Part shown: piece after piece, positions 59,363 through 64,000 of the stretch
How the letters are laid out: each line of letters opens with the position of its first letter
How positions within the stretch are numbered: position 1 is the first letter of the stretch
Source: an uncultured Rhodopirellula sp.
GTDB taxonomy: Bacteria > Planctomycetota > Planctomycetia > Pirellulales > Pirellulaceae
Direction of reading: 5' to 3'
Assembly: GCA_964007735.1 (NCBI GenBank)
Contig: CAXGAI010000004.1
Span: 62,001-126,000, forward strand
DNA length: 64,000 nucleotides
Notes under the pieces: generated by a model
The model's input: the letters and a program-made list of their open reading frames with translations, nothing else
What the model was told of the DNA's origin: nothing
Databases searched by the model: none
Position numbers and translations under genes: made by a program

Positions 59363-60961
59363 ATGAAATCACGTGTTTTGAAGCTTGTTCTCGTATTGCT
59401 TTGCGGTGGGCAATTGATTGTCGCCGGTCAAGCTAAAGCGGCTCCTCCCAATATTGTTTTTATCATTTCCGATGATATGGGGTATTCAGATCTTGGTTGC
59501 TATGGCGGAGAAATTGATACTCCGGTTTTAGATAGTCTGGCTGAGCAAGGTCTTAGATTTACTAACTACTATGTAAATAATATGTGTTGGCCCACTCGTG
59601 CCAGTTTGATGACAAGCTTATATCCGCAGGCAGCGTTGCCTCAGGAAGGCTCTGCAGCGGGTGGGCTACATCCCAGTGCAGTCACGCTACCTCAGGCTCT
59701 CCGTGACGCCGGGTATTTGACGTTAATGTCTGGGAAATGGCATCTGTCTAGCTCGAAAAAGCCTGATGGAAAAAACGCTCCTCATCACCGTGGTTTCGAT
59801 CAGTTTTACGGAACGATTGAAGGAGCATCCGACTTTTTTGCTCCAGCCGACCTGCAACTGAATGGAAATAGCATGACACAGGAATGGGAAGCAAGAGATG
59901 ATTTTTACTATACGGATGCCATTACAGATCACGCCTTAAACTTTCTCGAAAACCGAGATGTCGAAAAACCATTCTTCTTATATATGGCATATACGGCGGC
60001 CCATTGGCCCTTACATGCCAAAGCTGAGGATATTGAACATTACGAAGGTCGTTTTCGTGACGGTTGGGATCAGTTGAGAGTAGATAGATTTCAGCGGATG
60101 AAAAAACTTGGTGTTATAGATCCTGCCTGGCAATTGTCTCCCCGACACAGCAATATTCCAGCTTGGTCGGATGCCAAGTACCCTCGATGGCACGAACGAC
60201 GTATGGAGGTCTACGCAGCCCAGATCACCTGTATGGATCGTAATATCGGGCGTTTGACAGATTATTTAGCGAAGCAAGGATTATCGGAAAACACGATTCT
60301 TATTTATCAGCACGATAATGGTGGATGTCACGTTGAGTATTTGCCTGAACGAAAAGGAAGCTGGAGTCGCGAAAAAACAACGGATGGTAAAGATATCCTG
60401 ATTAGACCCGGCAACATTCCGAATTTGATGCCCGGGGGGCAAGAGACATTTCAGTCGTATGGCTATGGTTGGGCTAATACCTCCAACACTCCGTACCGTT
60501 TGTTTAAGCAATATGATCACGAAGGCGGAACTCGTTCTCCATTGATTGTGCATTGGCCGAAAGGAATCTCCAAGAATCAACGTGGTTCATTGGTGAAGGA
60601 TGTTTGTCATGTGATTGATGTCATGCCAACTCTTTTAGACCTCGCAGGAATTACACCGGTGATTCAAAAGCCATTGCCGATGGAAGGTCGTTCCTTTGCG
60701 AATGCTCTACAAGGTAAAGCGGTGTCCCGGCATGACTCAATTTTTTGGGGACACAATAAAGGTTCAGCAGTTTGGGCGAATGGCTGGAAATTGGTATCGA
60801 GTAATCGTGGGAAAGACTGGGAGTTATACTACCTTCCACAAGATGGAACAGAACTAAACAATTTGGCAGAAGAGAAGCCGCAGAAAGTAGCGGAGTTAGA
60901 AAAATTGCACGCCCAGTGGATGGCTCGTAACAAAAGAGCTGCCGGAAGTAGCGGGAATTAA
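59363..60961 (+). CDS. Arylsulfatase (Cys-type)
   Basis: PNIVFIISDDMGYSDLGCYGGEI, CWPTRASLMT, GKWHL, YTAAHWPLHA, DNGG, HEGG. Confidence 0.92.
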   Translation: MKSRVLKLVLVLLCGGQLIVAGQAKAAPPNIVFIISDDMGYSDLGCYGGEIDTPVLDSLAEQGLRFTNYYVNNMCWPTRASLMTSLYPQAALPQEGSAAGGLHPSAVTLPQALRDAGYLTLMSGKWHLSSSKKPDGKNAPHHRGFDQFYGTIEGASDFFAPADLQLNGNSMTQEWEARDDFYYTDAITDHALNFLENRDVEKPFFLYMAYTAAHWPLHAKAEDIEHYEGRFRDGWDQLRVDRFQRMKKLGVIDPAWQLSPRHSNIPAWSDAKYPRWHERRMEVYAAQITCMDRNIGRLTDYLAKQGLSENTILIYQHDNGGCHVEYLPERKGSWSREKTTDGKDILIRPGNIPNLMPGGQETFQSYGYGWANTSNTPYRLFKQYDHEGGTRSPLIVHWPKGISKNQRGSLVKDVCHVIDVMPTLLDLAGITPVIQKPLPMEGRSFANALQGKAVSRHDSIFWGHNKGSAVWANGWKLVSSNRGKDWELYYLPQDGTELNNLAEEKPQKVAELEKLHAQWMARNKRAAGSSGN

Positions 60962-62385
60962 TGAAAAAGAGAAATAAAACAATCATAGCACTGGCAGTCT
61001 GGATGGCGTTGTTCCCGTTCATTACAGTGGCTGAGCAACCAAACTTCCTCATCATTATGGCAGATGATTGTACGTACAATGATTTGCCATTGTATGGAGG
61101 TAAGAATGCTAGCACCCCAAATATCGACCGTTTGGCTAGTCAGGGACTTACCTTTAATCGGGCGTATTTGTCAGAGGCGATGTGTCAGCCTTGCCGTGCC
61201 GAACTGTATTCGGGACGTTACCCGTTAGGTAACGGTTGTGCCTGGAATCATTCTGCAAGTTTAGAATCGGTCACAAGTATGCCTCAGCATTTGTCCGCAC
61301 TTGGTTATCGAGTCGGTCTGGCAGGCAAAGTGCATGTCAAACCAGCGAAGGCTTATCCGTTTGAAAGTGTTCAGGGTTTCGATGCAAATTGTGTGCGAAA
61401 TCCAACCAAACCTCACTTTTTATCCGATGTTGAGGACTTTATGGCACGTGATAAGAGTCAGCCATTTTGTTTAGTCGTGGCATTAGTAGAGCCGCATGTT
61501 CCTTGGGTGATGGGAGATGCCAGTGCCTACCCTCCCACCAAGCTCAAGCTTCCACCTAATATTGCCGACACCGCCAGAACGAGAGAAGATTTCTCCCGTT
61601 ATCTGGCAGAGATTACTTATATGGATGGCCAGGTTGGTGAACTGTTGAAAACGTTGGATAATTCGGGTCGGGCAGATGAAACAGTAGTGCTGTTTTCATC
61701 GGAGCAAGGCGCACAGTTTCCGGGTTGTAAATGGACTAATTGGGATACAGGGTTACATACTGCCCTGATTGCTCGTTGGCCGGGAAAGATTGCAGCCGAC
61801 ACACGGACCGATGCCTTAGTCCAATATGCAGATGTGTTGCCTACACTGGTTACACTTGCCGGAGGTGAGTCGAGCCAACAGCAGTATGATGGAAGAGAGT
61901 TTTCGGAGGTGTTGCGAGGTAATTCTACCGAGCATCGTAAGTATGTATATGGTATGCATAACAACATTCCGGAAGGTCCCAGCTATCCAATTAGAACCGT
62001 AAGTAATGGAACTTTTCGTTATATCGAAAACCTACGTTCCGATGAGATCTATATTGAGAAGCACCTGATGGGCTCGCGTGGAAATGGCGAATTAAATAAC
62101 CCTTATTGGGCTACCTGGGTTTGGGCTTCCGGTGAAAAACCAGAGGTGTACAAGTTGGTTCACCGTTATACTCGGCGTCCTGCTCAGCAACTTTATCATA
62201 CGACAGATGATCCTTATGAATTAACCGATCTTGCAGGCAAGAAGGATGTAATGAAAATTCAAAAGGACCTTCAAAATGAACTGTATCGCTGGATGCAATC
62301 TCAGAATGATCCAGGTGCCGGGTTGGATACCCAAAAGGCTATTCAGGCAGCACGTCAGGGAAAACATTTGTTTCGAGCGGAATAA
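60961..62385 (+). CDS. Sulfatase (Cys-type; sulfamidase-like)
   Basis: PNFLIIMADD, CQPCRAELYSG, GKVH, SEQG. Confidence 0.9.
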   Translation: MKKRNKTIIALAVWMALFPFITVAEQPNFLIIMADDCTYNDLPLYGGKNASTPNIDRLASQGLTFNRAYLSEAMCQPCRAELYSGRYPLGNGCAWNHSASLESVTSMPQHLSALGYRVGLAGKVHVKPAKAYPFESVQGFDANCVRNPTKPHFLSDVEDFMARDKSQPFCLVVALVEPHVPWVMGDASAYPPTKLKLPPNIADTARTREDFSRYLAEITYMDGQVGELLKTLDNSGRADETVVLFSSEQGAQFPGCKWTNWDTGLHTALIARWPGKIAADTRTDALVQYADVLPTLVTLAGGESSQQQYDGREFSEVLRGNSTEHRKYVYGMHNNIPEGPSYPIRTVSNGTFRYIENLRSDEIYIEKHLMGSRGNGELNNPYWATWVWASGEKPEVYKLVHRYTRRPAQQLYHTTDDPYELTDLAGKKDVMKIQKDLQNELYRWMQSQNDPGAGLDTQKAIQAARQGKHLFRAE

Positions 62386-62422
62386 TTTGAATTCACAGAA
62401 GTGATTAAGGAAATAACTCATC

Positions 62423-63919
62423 ATGATTAAGAGAACCCTGTCCGTTCTTTTGTTTGCACTGGCTTCGTTGCCATTAGGGCAAGTTGTTCAGGGCGCACCC
62501 CTCCCCAATGTCTTGTGGATCATTGTGGACGACATGTCTGCTCACTTTTCTTCTTATGGTGAAAAGTTGATTCAAACTCCTAATGTAGATGCGTTAGCGC
62601 GCCGTGGTGTTCAGTTTAACAATGCCTATGTGACGGCTCCGGTTTGTTCGACTTGCCGAAGTGCGTTCATTACCGGTATGTACCAGACGACGATCGGCGC
62701 GCATCATCATCGCAGTGGGAGAGGAACAGAGAAAATTGAATTACCGGAAGGTATTCGGCCAATCCCGGAGATATTTCAGGAGGCTGGATACTACACCACA
62801 CTCACAGGCTGGCCGATTCGGGAAGATGAGCGGTTAGGTAAATCTGATTACAACTTCGAGTGGAATCAGAAAATGTATGACGGGGCAGATTGGGCTAAAC
62901 GAAACGACAGCCAGCCATTCTTCGCTCAGATCCAATTGCCGGGTGGGAAATTACGAGGCGGAACTCAGGAATCAGCTGAACGCATGGCTAGTCGTGCGGA
63001 AAAGACGTTTGGAAAGCGAACCGATGTAAATCAGATCAAACTACCTCCTTACTATCCGGCTACAGAGATCATCCTTCATGACTGGGCCGCATATCTTGAT
63101 ACCGTACGTGAAACGGACCGTGTTGTGGGAGAGATTCTAGGCAAGCTTGATGCAGAAGGAGATTTAGAAAATACGATGGTCTTGTTTATGACAGACCATG
63201 GCATTAGTCATATACGTGGAAAGCAGTTTATGTATGACGAAGGCTTACATGTTCCTTTAGTGATTGCAGGCCCCGGTATTAACGGTGGACAGGTGCGAGA
63301 GGATTTAGTGGAGCATATCGATATTGCTGCAGTTTCACTGGCATATGCGGGGATAGAGATTCCCAGATATATGCAGGCACAGAATATTATGGCGGAAGCA
63401 TATAAACCCCGTAAAGCGGTTTTTGCTGCTCGTGATCGTTGTGATGAAACGGTAGAACATTTACGAAGTGTTCGGACACACGAATACAAATACATTCGTA
63501 ATTACCTATACCAGCGACCTCACTTGCAGCCAAATGCTTACAAAGATGGCAAGTCTATTATGAAGTCATTTAAGGAGGCCGGCGTTAACGGTAAGTTAAA
63601 CAAAGTCCAGACTTCTTTACTTAATCCAACCCGGCCAAGGGAAGAATTGTACAGCCTCAGTAATGATCCCCATGAGATTCGTAATCTGGTCGACGATCCT
63701 GCTTATGCAGATGTTTTGAAGGAGATGAGAAAGTTACTTTCTCGTTGGGAAACGAAGTCAGGTGACCAGGGTGTGGATCCGGAACCTGTTCGAATGTTTG
63801 ACAGCGATATGAAGGTCTATGTCGATACTTTGGAAGCGCGTCGACGCCCGATCGAACATATCAATACGATTAAGAGTAATATCGAGTTGATGCGGAAGTG
63901 GGCTGGAGAAGGGAAGTGA
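62423..63919 (+). CDS. Sulfatase (Cys-type)
   Basis: PNVLWIIVDD, CSTCRSAFITG, TDHG, RDRCDE, EELYSL..DPHE. Confidence 0.9.
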   Translation: MIKRTLSVLLFALASLPLGQVVQGAPLPNVLWIIVDDMSAHFSSYGEKLIQTPNVDALARRGVQFNNAYVTAPVCSTCRSAFITGMYQTTIGAHHHRSGRGTEKIELPEGIRPIPEIFQEAGYYTTLTGWPIREDERLGKSDYNFEWNQKMYDGADWAKRNDSQPFFAQIQLPGGKLRGGTQESAERMASRAEKTFGKRTDVNQIKLPPYYPATEIILHDWAAYLDTVRETDRVVGEILGKLDAEGDLENTMVLFMTDHGISHIRGKQFMYDEGLHVPLVIAGPGINGGQVREDLVEHIDIAAVSLAYAGIEIPRYMQAQNIMAEAYKPRKAVFAARDRCDETVEHLRSVRTHEYKYIRNYLYQRPHLQPNAYKDGKSIMKSFKEAGVNGKLNKVQTSLLNPTRPREELYSLSNDPHEIRNLVDDPAYADVLKEMRKLLSRWETKSGDQGVDPEPVRMFDSDMKVYVDTLEARRRPIEHINTIKSNIELMRKWAGEGK

Positions 63920-63925
63920 TGTGCC

Positions 63926-64000
63926 GTGCAAGCTGCGATCCTTCAGGAAATTAATCAACCGTTAGTTGTTGAGCAACGAGAGACTCCAAAACCAAAAGCA
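63926..64000 (+). CDS. Probable zinc-binding alcohol dehydrogenase (MDR), 5' fragment
   Basis: GTG start; MQAAILQEINQPLVVEQRETPKPKA resembles MDR N-termini. Only 25 codons are visible. Confidence 0.55.
   Translation, partial: MQAAILQEINQPLVVEQRETPKPKA

Noticed and set aside
1..64000. rRNA, tRNA, IS elements, prophage, defence systems
   Set aside because: None recognised; intergenic gaps are short and no ORF shows such motifs.

Overview
Gene-dense bacterial chromosomal segment, almost certainly from a Planctomycetota genome (inferred from gene content). It holds seven Cys-type sulfatases and six two-gene modules, each a Sec-exported DUF1549/DUF1553 (planctomycete cytochrome c/PSD1) protein followed by a Tat-signal DUF1501 protein, plus one orphan DUF1501. 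Other genes: a truncated PVC-type SGNH/beta-propeller/HEAT protein at the left edge, an OafA-like acyltransferase, an RpoD-like sigma factor, a PhyH dioxygenase, a myo-inositol oxygenase, four tandem TPM-domain genes, two paralogous CxxCH-bearing prenyltransferase-fold proteins, a TlpA lipoprotein, an esterase and a gluconolactonase. I saw no rRNA, tRNA, CRISPR array or transposase. Most interesting: (1) the DUF1549/1553-DUF1501 pairs look like a modular system with a swappable lectin-like domain, one copy of which is circularly permuted; (2) the TPM array has constant-variable-constant architecture with a 362-bp perfect repeat; (3) a 54-aa small ORF sits behind a highly structured leader with a C/D-type kink-turn and an SD-in-loop hairpin; (4) the exported 'squalene-cyclase-like' proteins lack DxDD but carry CxxCH; (5) MIOX is translationally coupled into a cytochrome/DUF1501 operon. 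Family assignments come from motif recognition by eye, not database searches. Several starts were adjusted from the ORF track.
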